64,000 nucleotides of DNA from Vitrella brassicaformis CCMP3155 (taxonomy: Eukaryota > Protista > Chromerida): assembly GCA_001179505.1 (NCBI GenBank), contig CDMY01000254.1:62001-126000 (forward strand), read 5' to 3'. Below, piece after piece: positions 12,580-23,685 of this stretch. Numbering within the stretch: position 1 is the stretch's first letter; the number at the start of each line of letters is the position of its first letter. The notes under the pieces were generated by a model. That model made no database searches, was not told where the DNA came from, and saw nothing but the letters and a program-made list of their open reading frames with translations. Position numbers and translations under genes: made by a program.

Positions 12580-14027
12580 ATGGTGCCTCAGCCGCACATC
12601 ATGCTCGACGTGGTACGGAATGCTCGACGTTCCGTGTTCATGCTCTGCGGAACACGGAACATGGTTATGCAGGGTCAGGTTCGCGAGGTTTGCATCACCG
12701 TGGGGGACCCCGCCCGCGCACTCAAGATGGCCGAGATGTGTGAGCAGCACAAGGAGCTGGCGTACAACCGCGAGTACAGGTGACCAACACCGAGATGGGT
12801 GGTGCGCATAGAGAGGCCCTGCATGAACATGCCTGCATGGGATGGTTAGCTGAGCTGATGTCGGTGCACGTGCGTATGATGCATGCGTGCGTGTGTTGGT
12901 TCTCAGATCGTTTGACGTGAAGCACAAGGGCAAGGCGTTCACCATCATCAGTCATGGCGTTGGCGCCTCGGGCGCGTGCATCTGCTTCGAGGAGCTCATC
13001 AAATGCGGGGCCAAGGTGCGCTTCACAACAGACGCACGTGGTGGTGGGTGGGTGGGTGCGCATGCATGCACACATACATGCGCATGTGCTGCGTGGGGCG
13101 TGCGTGTGCAGGTGATCATGCGTGCGGGGACGTGTGGGAGCCTCATGCCCGACAAGTACGGGCAGGTAAGCAGTGCGAAACAGATCCAGAGATGTGCCGA
13201 GACACGCGCACCTGTTCAAGTGTGTATGATGCATGGGCCTTCAGGGCGATTTGATCATCTGCACCGGCGGCGTGCGCGACGAGGGCACCTCCGAGCGCAT
13301 GATCCCCATGAGTACACACATGCACACTTCGACACATGTACGTACACGTATGTGAGGGTTTTGACCTGATTGTGTAGGTTACCCTGCCGTGGCCGATGCG
13401 GAGAACGTGTTGTTGCTGGAGCAAGTCATCAAGGAACAGGGTATGCACACCTGAGGGTGTGGACGCGACCCATTCGTGCATGCGGTTGTGCACAGGTGCC
13501 AAGTACGCCAAGGGGCTGATGTTGTCGTCGGACGTGTTCTACCCCGTCATAGCACCGACCAACTACGAAATGTGGGCCAAGGTAAGGACGCTCCCGCTGC
13601 ATTCATACCACCCATGGGTGCCTGTTCTTGCGTATCGGTGTGGTGTTCACATCCGTGTATGGCTGTTGTGGTGCCAGGCCAATGTGATAGGCATTGAGAT
13701 GGAGGTGTCGGCCCTCTTCGTGCTCTGCCAGATCAGGTGAACCACAGACAAAGATTCGGTTCGCGTGTATGTAGGGCTGCACTCTCATGCGTATGAGTGT
13801 TCAGGGGCTGCGCTGGCGTGGGTCTCTGCACCATCGATGGCTCGCCACTCAAATGGGACTCGGTATGCGTACGGGGCGCACAGGCCTCACCCAGCGTGTA
13901 CGTGAGTTTCGCATGCATTGTGCTTCAGGGCGACTACGACCCCCACGGCACCAAGGTGGCCGAGGGCAAGAAGCGCATGCTCGAGGCTGCCATCGAGTGG
14001 GCCTCCCGCGCCTCCAAGCAGACATAG
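12580..14027 (+). CDS. PNP: Purine nucleoside phosphorylase (PNP_UDP_1; hexameric DeoD/Plasmodium-type)
   Basis: Exons VCITVGDPARA, AYNREYR, SHGVGASGACICFEELIKCGAK, IMRAGTCGSL, GLMLSSDVFY, ANVIGIEMEVSALF and DGSPLKWD...GDYDP; stop at 14025-14027. Confidence 0.92.
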
Positions 14028-14808
14028 ACAACTAACACAACACACACTCGTAGATACTATCGATGCCTCACCACACATGCATAGACACATCCATGGGACT
14101 TGTGTGCACCATACACATCCCATACACATCCCGCGCATCCCGCGACGGAGGGGAGGGTTAGTAAGAAGAGGGAGTGGGAGAGAGTTCACACATACACACC
14201 ATGCAACACCATCCATACCCAACACGAGGATTTCTCCGTAGGACCTTTCTTGGGCGGATGCAGTAGGGGGCGTTGTGTTGTTTCTTTTCCGTCTGCTTTG
14301 CTCGCCTGGCTGCCGTGTCTTGTGAGTGACATTTGGGGGGCGCTCCGTGGCCTACATATGTTGTCACTCACATACGCTATATAGTGTGCACCCGTATGTT
14401 ATGTGTATATACGTAACATATATATGTATGCCTGAGTGTGTGTGGTTTTCAATGGAATGGCTGTGACGGGAACGGAAAAGGACAAACAAAAGGAAATTTT
14501 CCTTCGAGTTTGACGTCGTACAAAACACGTCTTGAGCTCCCCGCCCTACCTCCCCTCCTGTATGTACGCATTCCCGTCTTTCCTGAATGCCTCCCATCCC
14601 AGCTTATGGACAGAGGACTTGGAGTAGATTCAATATATTGGAGGACTTGAGCCACGTATTGAATGCCTCTTGCGGCGCTCCGACTCTTCTAGACACCCGC
14701 CCGTCCTGTGCGGTGCAAAACCCGGAGACAAATGTTACATACATCCACCATGAGACATCAGCGATGTCTTGGATCCCATCCACATCAAACATGCAGCTTG
14801 TCTTGGAG

Positions 14809-15040
14809 GAAGTGTGTCTTGGAGCTTACCTGTCTGTCCATCCACATTCTTACAGAATACTGTACTGTAATGCATTACAGTCGAATGCAACTAAGTCAGC
14901 AGCAAAAAAACACTGTGGACGACCGGAGTGATAGAGAGGGGCGTCAGGAGCATGAAAAATCTCGGCGAGCTTTTGGCACAAGAGGAACAAGACAAGGAGG
15001 TCATCTATGTATGAAGCGAAGTGTGTCTTGGAGCTTACCT
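14809..15040. repeat. Exact 23-bp direct repeat GAAGTGTGTCTTGGAGCTTACCT (14809-14831 and 15018-15040)
   Basis: Direct reading of both copies. On the minus strand each reads AG|GTAAGCTCCAAGACACACTTC, a 5' splice-site-like sequence. Confidence 0.85.
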
Positions 15041-15467
15041 CTCACACCGACAAACACCATCTACATCCGACTGATTCCCTGCAGTGAACACAGTGGCACA
15101 CATTGCATCCCATAGGTGTCTCCCTCATTCTTCACCCGCTTTGTTGACGACCGTCTTCCTCCCACCTGGTGGTACCGAAGCGTCAGCGGTGTTGGCTCAC
15201 TCCGTCAGAGCATATTGCCCCCCCTCGCCCCCATCCTACCCAGTGAGAAGTGGTGACGGTGGGCGATCGTCCTGCTTAGCTCTTTGTATTTCTCCCTCTT
15301 GTCGTCCTGCCACCTGACGCCACTCTGGTCAATTGCTCCAGGAATAATGCCGTCCAATCCCCTCCGTCCCCAGACGATGCTGCTGCGCAGCCGCTGACGA
15401 CATAGACAGCAAGAGACAAGACTAGTTAAGGCGATAGAGTAATGTGGGGCCATCTCTTGTATCACAC

Positions 15468-15577
15468 TTTCTGTTCATGTCTCATGTTGTCGGCCAACAG
15501 AAGCATCGCTTTCTCTTCTTGATCAGTGGGAGCAGCTGATGGGACAAGGAGACAAGACGCAGTATTACTCACAACAA
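15468..15577 (+). pseudogene. Frameshifted GT77 exon relic, inverted copy of the segment at 20839-20949
   Basis: TTTCTGTTCATGTCTCATGTTGT--CGGCCAACAGAAGCATCGCTTTCTCTTCTTGATCAGTGGGAGCAGCTGATG aligns by eye to the GT77 domain FCSCLMLFRPTEGALSLLNQWEQLM, with a 2-nt deletion and a 1-nt insertion. Confidence 0.75.
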
Positions 15578-15735
15578 GCGGGGTATTTTCTCACAGAAAC
15601 CCTTCGGCGTGACTTTCCTTCCCGCCATCTGGTCGGGTGCAAAACGCCTCTACCAGAGGCGAATTCATGAGGTGGGCTTTAGAGAAGAGAGCTCTAATGG
15701 GACATTGAGTGCTCTTTCTGGGTCGGCAGGTGGCG

Positions 15736-16709
15736 TCATTTGCATTCAGGGAGAATCATCGATTGTGGCACTCGCCATAGCCCGAAGCGTCTGAGTCGTT
15801 TCTTCTTTTTAACATGGCCTCTCACCCAGTTGGCGTGTACTACAACTACTTCGCTTCTCTGCTGGTTGCTCATTCGGTTGAAATACACATAGCCAGGGGG
15901 GAAGCGCTTGATAGGGCTGAGAATGTGTACAGACAGACCTTCTTGCAGCCTTTTGGCAGCCCGGTTGAACCCAGCTTGATTCTTGTTCTCTGCCTTCATC
16001 TCCTCTTCCCATACGTCGAGCAGCCTGAGGGAGTTCCTCGTGGGCCGAATCGCGAAAAAGCACGTGCACAAGTTCAGACTCTGGTCAGTCTTCCGAACGT
16101 CGTTCTGCACGACGAGGTCCTTGTCTCCGGGGAGAAAGGGTAATGGATTTTTCTGCCAGATCATGTCGACGTCACTGTACAAGGCAGTGTAGCCTTGTTG
16201 AAGGATCTCGCGAACAAAGAACGACCGCTTCTTGACAAGAGCACCGAAGCCCTCGCTGTTGAACGCGGATGCAGTCGTCGATATCATATTGTTCATCGTG
16301 GGTCCCTTGACAATGTGGTCTCCGTAATGGAGGTGGAGGTGCTTGAAACACGCGTTATCGCGGCAAATTATGATCCAATTGTGAATGTCGAGCTGCGACA
16401 GACTGATAGCCCAGTTGATAGCGAAATCGGCCTGCAGCTCAGAGACACGACATCAAGTATAACGCAACTTACCCGTTTACGACCCACCATGCCACAGTTC
16501 ACAGTTGTGAAGATAATCAATCTGCGAGAATCGGCAATTGATGAAAGCAGGTATGGAGAGAGCCAGTCAGAGGTGAAGTTCGAAGAGGACTTGTCGTCTG
16601 CGGTCCCCCCCTTGAGTGTGACTCCTAGCAACTTCTTCAGGGCGTCGTATGAAGCAAGCAGAAGTATGAATGCAAGGGCCGCAAAAATGAGGACACGTTT
16701 TAACGTCAT
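15736..16709 (-). CDS. Nucleotide-diphospho-sugar transferase (GT77-like), type II membrane, paralog B
   Basis: Anchor MTLKRVLIFAALAFILLLAS. Intron at TVNCGM|ADFAINWA. Motifs ALYSDVDMIW, LCTCFFAIRPT, NQAGFN, FPPG and VHANWVRG. Confidence 0.88.
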
Positions 16710-16932
16710 TTGCTGGGATTGGTCAGTCGGTTAAGGGTTTGACGAGATAGCTGGGATGGTGGTGGTTAAGGGTAACATTGTCCGTGTGTCCATGCCGCTG
16801 GGAGTCAATCTGAGTGATTCATGGGTGGTGGAGCGAGCAGACCGATACGGAGAGCAGACCCCAGTGCATGCATCGGCACCCGTAATCTCGTACTCACATT
16901 GCTCGTGGGCCTTGCGTCACTCGTTAGTAGAC

Positions 16933-17230
16933 CAATCACCCAAGCAGCCGGCTTCCGCTTCGTGCCCCTCGCTGCGGAGACATTCGCCAGATGGGGAGAC
17001 AAGACCATGGATTTTCTCAAGATGCTCGCCAAACGAAAGGCTCGCCCCACATCCATTCCCATGGAGGAGGACGTCAACCTGTCCGTCGAGCTGATGAAGC
17101 ACAACGCGTTCCATGTGGCGAGTCGTGCGCAGCGCGCGGCGGCCGCCAGAGGGCCACGGAGGGCCAGCGCGTTTCCGGAGGACTTCGTCAGCCGTGGGCC
17201 ATACAGGCCACACAGCAGCCCCGCTGGGGG
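16933..17230 (+). mobile_element. 3' fragment of a non-LTR retrotransposon ORF (C-terminus of the restriction-like endonuclease region)
   Basis: AAGFRFVPLAAETFARWGDKTMDFLKMLAKRK resembles the F.PL..ET.G.WG motif that follows the RLE active site in RLE-type LINEs. No introns, and it lies between genes. Confidence 0.55.
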
Positions 17231-17595
17231 CTGTGAGGTGGCTGGCTGGACCTGGGTTCTGAACGTGTGTGTCATGTTGCATGTCTCACGCTTGTTTGCA
17301 GTGTGCGACATGTTTTCGCAGTCGACGAACGTTGTCCATTGTTTCTGCATGTATTGTTTCCCTTGTATTCCCTTGCTTGATATGAACTGATGCTTAGATG
17401 AACTTCGTCGCCCGTTTCATGCATCTACTTAAAGTCTCGTTAGTAGTGATATCTGTTACTGTGAAGAACATGTCAACATCACACAATGTCCCCATTCACC
17501 TCAAGATCCCGCCGGCTGACGGTGTGCATGAACCGGCTGTGGTGTCTTTCGCCAAGGGCGGCCAGGCGGCCGGCACTCAGTGGCACTGACGCTGT

Positions 17596-17636
17596 GGGAC
17601 TTTGCAATCTCGTGAGTATTGAGATTACAAAGTCCC
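17596..17636. promoter_or_regulatory. Inverted repeat / stem-loop about 100 bp upstream of the ZIP transporter start
   Basis: GGGACTTTGCAATCTC-gtgagtatt-GAGATTACAAAGTCCC: 15 of 16 complementary pairs with a 9-nt loop. Function is inferred only. Confidence 0.45.
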
Positions 17637-17734
17637 GCGCACGTTGACGTCGCGGTGTGCATTACAAAGCAGACGAGTCTAACACCGTCACGGTGTTTTT
17701 GCCTCGCGCACTGAGCAGAAATTTCTCAAGTCCG

Positions 17735-19078
17735 ATGAGTCAAACGCCTTTCGTGGTGGTACTGATTCCGGCCTGCGGCACGTTTGTTGGCAGCCTGTTG
17801 GCCCTCTGCATAAAATGCCCAGGCCTTGCCCTCTCTCTTTTACAGAACCTCGCGGGCGGCATTGTGTTTGCGGCTGTGGGATGTGAGATCCTGCCACAGA
17901 TTGTGCTTGAAAACGGACAACTCATGCCAGATCTCCTCGCCATTGCGTTTGGGTTCGCTCTTGGTCTGCTGGTCATTTATTTGGCTAATGGCATGGCGGA
18001 GAACAGGACACGCGCCGCGGGGATCGGCACACACGTGGGAACCCAGCCCGTGCGCCCGAGGTGGCGTCGCAGAGTGAGAAGCGGCCGACACGACAGCAGA
18101 GCGAGCCTGAGGAATGGTCAGCACTCACATTCATCGATCAATTCAGTATGACATCTGTATTGGGTTGGATGCCTGTGTGACTCTGCCTCGTCTCAGGTCC
18201 ATCTATGCCTATGGGGGAAGACGCTCATCATTCATACGAAATGCATGCCAGGTATGTGACATACGGCTCAACACAGCTCGTCTCTTTCCCTATCGTGCAT
18301 TATCAGGCCCTCGGCGTATCTCAGCAGCGACTTCGCGGGCGTCAGGGTGAGTCCTTGACGGCATCGCTCATTGGCCGCGACACGTACGCCTTCTTTTGGG
18401 AGTGGTTCACGGCAGAGACTGAAGACACCGAACCCTTTCCCACTGGTAATATACAATCGTTGCTTCTCTGTCTGTGTGCCTCTGCATTTATTGTTTGAAT
18501 ACGGTCAGGTTTATGCAGTGCGCTAATTGTGGATGTCTGTACGGCTGGAGTGCTGATTGGGCTGCTAACTGTGGTGTCTGTGAGCACCGGCGTCGTCCTA
18601 TCGACAGCGACCTTCCTCTACCTTATGTTCGTCGGACTGGCCCTCACCACCACCCTCAGATCACAGACGGTCGCCAAAGCCGTCATGGCCAGCCTCGTCG
18701 CCCCCGTAGCTTCATACTGCGGCGGTGTTTTGGGCATCGTCATCCCCATTTTCTTCGGCGAGAGCCATTTCATTTTTGTCTTCGTGCTGTCATTCTCCTC
18801 CGCAGCGCTGCTGTACTTCGGTAAGCAGCAGCACCGCAGCTGCAAACAATGGAGAGGGACGTCATTGTCGCCTTCGTTTGCATGTTTGCCAGTTGCAGAA
18901 GAGATCGCTTTGGAGGCAGGCAGACTAGCGACACCCGCAAGACTTGTCATGTGCTTGTCGTCTGGGTTGTCAGGCATCTGAGAATGTCGGCGGCAGCCAG
19001 GTGACATGCGTGGCCTACTTCGCGGGCTATTTCTTTTTCCTCATGGCCAGAAGGACCGCACAAGCCATGACACAATAG
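17735..19078 (+). CDS. ZIP-family (ZupT-like) divalent metal transporter, multi-exon
   Basis: MSQTPFVVVLIPACGTFVGSLLAL...LQNLAGGIVFAAVGCEILPQ, VDVCTAGVLIGLL, VLSFSSAALLYF|VAEEIALE|ASENVGGSQVTCVAYFAGYFFFL. The last intron probably uses a GC donor. Confidence 0.8.
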
Positions 19079-19912
19079 GATATTTGCAACATGGGTCATT
19101 TTTGCAGCATGGGTCATTTTTCTCCCCCTCTCTCTACTATCTACACGCAACGAAACCCCATGCTGGCTTCTTGTTTTTCGTGTTGTTAGTCAAGGGTGCC
19201 GCTCCCCATCTACACCCACACAGCTACCCTCTACAGTGTATGTCTGTACACCTACATCTCTCCGTTGCACAGCATCTCCCACGCCAGCACTGGATTCGAT
19301 TCGTACACCTGGCGGTAGCTCAACAGCGTCACCCTCTCGACCAGCCACAGGACGTGAGGAGGTGGTGGCGGCATGGAACTTGCGCTGCAACAAACACCAG
19401 ACAAACACGGGGTGTGCCTCTGCCAGTCCGTTTCCCGTTTTCCCCTCTACCCGGGTGCATAGGGGTCAGGGCCGGGATGGGCGTAAGTCCTCTCCTCATT
19501 CTCCTTGGCCCGGTCCTCAACCTCCTCGGTGCGGTCCTCATCCTCCTCTGTGGACCACATAAGGAGGACTGCATATTCGCTTTGCGATGATGCGAACATA
19601 CGGTAGCCTGATCTGTGTTTTTGGACAGGACCACGTCATTATGAGGCCTCAGCCCCTTCCGACTAGCTGTCTCCTCACCCCCTTCCTCATCAGCCACGAG
19701 CGAGCCTCTTGGTGCGCAGCTGTGTGGGTGGTTGTCGCATATCCTAAACCCTAGAATTTCCATTGTCTCCTATGACTCTTTCAAGTGGGGCAATCTCTGC
19801 AACAACGCATCAGTCGGGGGGGGCTCTGCTACATGAGTTCAAATCATAATTCCCTATACAGGACAGGTCGTGTGCAGAGGTCAATTATGAAACCGTAAAC
19901 AAACCGTAAGTA

Positions 19913-20055
19913 GAGTAAACGCGCGCGGGGATTGATCCCTCCTCCCCTTGAGCCTGTTTGAGTCTGCGTGCTGATGGGACTGTATTTGTATGAGTATCAC
20001 GGACACACAGACGAGTGTTACGGTTAATGACATTTCTCAATCGAGTAAACGCGCG
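19913..20055 (+). mobile_element. 117-bp 5'-truncated retroelement insertion (19926-20042) flanked by a 13-bp TSD GAGTAAACGCGCG
   Basis: 19925-20032 is identical to 40539-40646. TSD copies at 19913-19925 and 20043-20055. Confidence 0.85.
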
Positions 20056-20483
20056 TAAATGCCTGGTAAGCGCAATTTGGATCGACAACTCAATGACATA
20101 ATCGATAATCAATGTGTCACAATCATATTTGTGCAGCGGCAGCCAGCACCCGTTAACAAGCAAGCCATCGAGATTTGCCTATAGCATGCATTGAATAAAA
20201 TTTCTTTCGCTTTCGTCAGCGGTCACGCCAAATGACACCTGTCAAAACGCCAGAAATGCCACGCAAAATACTGCGGTTGCACTGAATTCGCTAAATCCTT
20301 CTGAAAAGGACGGGCTTGCCTGTCTCCGCTGTCCACGCCAAGACAATCGAATCCTAGTAAGTCCTCAATACCCCCTTATTATCTGAGTCCCCCCCCCCCC
20401 TTGCACACTCTTCTGAAACACGTAGTAAACCTAAGAAGACCTTGTCTCCTGACAGCACGCCAATTCAGACTGCAAGCAAAAAC

Positions 20484-23400
20484 TCACAAGCGAAGACGCA
20501 TAGCCACTTTAGTCACCTGGTTTTGGAATGTCGAGTGACCATGCAATAATGATACCACGTCGTTGTCCCACAACCGATGTTTTATCAAGGCCCTTTTCTT
20601 CGACTCACGACCTAATACCCAATTGACATGCACTATTACCACATCCTTCCGCTCCTCCCGTGTCAGAGACTCAGAGGGACGTCCGCGTCGCGTCTTCAAA
20701 AACACAGGACCTGCGGAACACGAAAGTATCCCAAAGACTGTTTCGAAAGACTCCTAACCTGATGGAAAAAATGCCGGAGAGAGACTTGCGATAGACACGC
20801 TGTTTCTCAGGTTTTTAACGGCTTCCTTCAGATATGGATTATTGTAAGTAATGTTGCGTCTTGTCTCCCTGTGCATCAGCTGCTCCCACTGATTGAGCAG
20901 AGAAAGCGCCCCCTCTGTTGGCCGAAACAACATCAGACACGAACAGAAATTAACCACGTCGATCTGGAGGGCGACGTCGAATCGCCTGGATGGCATATAC
21001 TCCAGCGCGTTCCTCAGCCACACCATGTCAACATCGTTGTACAGGACTGTGTAGCCTCTTTGGAGAATCTCGCGGACGAAGAATGGCCTCGTCATGACAA
21101 GAGCCCCGAACGACTCCGTGTTGAATATTGTGGCAGCCGCAGAGACACGCACCTCCTTCGGCGCGCGGACCACATTGTTGGGAAGGCTTTGAGACAGAAG
21201 ATCGAAGCATCCGTCGTCGAGGCAAACGATCAGGAAACTGCTAGCGCCTTGCCTCTGGAGGCTCTTTGCCCAGTTGATGGCGAAATCGACCTGCAAAGCA
21301 GAGGCCCCAGGTGGATGTCAAGACACTGAGACAAGTAAGTGTGAATGGCTAACCATGCCGTTGTTGACGGTCGTCATGACGATTGTGCCATCAGCATTAG
21401 CAACCGAAGATAGCAGGTCAGAGGAAAGCCACCCAGTTGAGGCCGGCATTGTCGTGCCGCTTCTCTTTTCACCAATTTCCCGTCCCTCTAGGTGACGTAC
21501 TTGCGCCGAGCACGAGTCAAGTGCATCTGCGTGCCGGCACCACATCCAGCAGTCGTTGCCCCCTTCTTTCCCCTTGCGCAGCACGACACCCCACATCGGA
21601 CCGAAGAGGCCCTCTGGGGAGCAGTCCGGCTGCTGCATCACAGGGATGACGTCGTGGATGTCGACGAGCTGACTGCACTGGAAGAGCCTCAAGAAGGCCG
21701 CAACGGCCTCCGTCCTGTTGGGTGGCAGCTTGACGGCAGAAGAAGAGCCGAACGGGCGGTAGGTGCCGCTGGGCAGGAGGAAGGCAGCGTAGCCGTTGGG
21801 ACGCAGGACCCTCTCCACCTCTGTCAAAAAGACACGCACACACGCACAAACGCAAAAATGAAGGCGATTGAAGGGTGACTCACCGGCAGCGTAGTGGAAT
21901 GTACAGTCTATGCGGTTGAAGACCTTGGCAAAGACAAAGTCGAAGGAGTCGTCTTTGAAGGGCAAGTCGTGCAAATCGCCCCTGACCACCAGTGGAGGCC
22001 TCTCCACCAGATCGACACCAATGGCGTACCGCACGCCGGCTTGGTACAATGCCCGCACCTCTTCCCCTGTTGACGCGCCAATGCTGAGGGCATGCGAGTC
22101 GCGCGTGATGTAGCCGGCAGACCAATAGCGATCAAACAATCGCACATGCATGTACCTACACCAACCACAGAAGTCAACACCTCGAGACAAAGAAGCGGCG
22201 TGCATACCTTATCCACTCGAGCATATCGACGGAGAGCTGTCCTGAAACGTCTTGCCCATCTGAAGCGCTTCTTCTGATGTAGGCGCCGTTCTCCTGTGTT
22301 GCGACGGATTCATTGTACGCCCTTCCATTCGCGAACGAACTGGCGTGGCTGCTGAGGGCAGACTGACACGTTTCCGTTGTATTTCGCGCTGCTTCCCGGC
22401 CGATGCTCTGCCGTTGGTTCAGTGGGAGGGAATCCATGATAAAGCAGCTGTCATTGGCGACACTGGGGCGCACGAGACGCTGAGCAACAAAGGAAGGCGT
22501 TTCTTGTGGACTCGTCTTTCGCTTGTCCGCCGTCCATATGTTTAAGCACTCGTCGGCCGCATCGTCGAGGTCGTGCGAAGCTGACATATTCCTAAGGAGA
22601 GGCGAGCCATTGGTGCGATGCTCTAATCTGCTATATCCCCAGCTGACCTTTGGGCAAAGTCAGTATGGAGAATATCAAGGAGGTCCAGCACGGGCCACTC
22701 TGAGACAAACAAGACATGCCAGCCGGCCAGCCAAGGCAGCAACAGCTAGCTCACCTGTGCTCAGTAAGGTCCGCAGAGGGATCTGCCTGATGATGTCTCT
22801 CAACGGATCCACGAGAATATCTCTCCTGTCGACATTTTGAATCATGGCTGCCGAGATGAGGGCCAGCGGGCACTTGTTGAAATAGCGAGAGGCGTCTTCG
22901 AGAAAGAGAGACACACTCTGCCTTTGAGCAACCAGATCCTCTGTGGGCCTCCGTGTACCTTTGGGGACCTCTTGGAGGAGTCGAGCCGCCTCATTTGCGC
23001 GCTCTTGCAGAAGGGCCGCTGGCGGCTGGCCACCATTGATTTGCTCTTGCCATGTGCTTACCAGTTCCATGAGAGAGCCGTGGAACGCTCGGAGTGCTGA
23101 AAAGTGGTGAAAGAGAGGACAGTCATACGAGTCAAGATCAGGAAGGCCCTCTTTCAACAGAGCAAGCATCCTTAACAAGAGAAAGAATACAAATGAGGGA
23201 AGACATCTGGCCCTCTGCGCTGACCTGAGAATCGGCCATGTTGTATTGAGTATGTGGGAAGCGAGACCCAACTTGTCGTACATCTCGTCGAGCTCAGCCA
23301 GGGTGTGGGACATGTACTGCTCGAGGGACGCGATGACAGCGTCATTCTGGGGCGGATGGACGGCAAAGAACAGGCGTGCCACGAAGACAACCACATAGCT

Positions 23401-23685
23401 GTCGGGTTCCCGTGACAGCGAGTTCCAGTCTGTTGACTCGACTTGCCGCAAAATCTTCGCACTTTCTCTTGCTGCGCATCGAAGGGACAGTTCTGTGTCA
23501 GCGAAATCAACAGCCTCTGATCGGATGTCAGCCTGATGACGGGCTCTACTGTGTTCCGGTCGCGAGGCTCGGTTGGGAAACAGCAGCTGGAGATGATCGT
23601 GGAGGAGTGAAACACGGAGAGATTGGTTGGCGCATGACGCCAGGGCTGCAGTGACGAGGACCACTCCGAGTTTGGCATACATCAT
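20484..23685 (-). CDS. Multidomain secretory-pathway protein: signal anchor + unknown helical domain + class I SAM methyltransferase + GT77 glycosyltransferase (paralog C)
   Basis: All junctions splice in frame with GT-AG introns: LSTE|WPVLD, FAQR|NMSASHD, LEWIR|YMHVRLFD, HYAA|EVERVLRP, TVNNGM|VDFAINWA and FPSG|PVFLK. MTase motif ALSIGASTGEEVRALYQAGVRYAIGVDLVERPPLVVRGDLHDLPFKDDSFDFVF. GT77 motifs VLYNDVDMVW, FCSCLMLFRPT and VHVNWVLG. Confidence 0.8.

Noticed and set aside
19190-19763. Possible small spliced minus-strand gene with an acidic or Arg-rich repeat
   Set aside because: Reading frame ambiguous and no homology recognised; not supportable.
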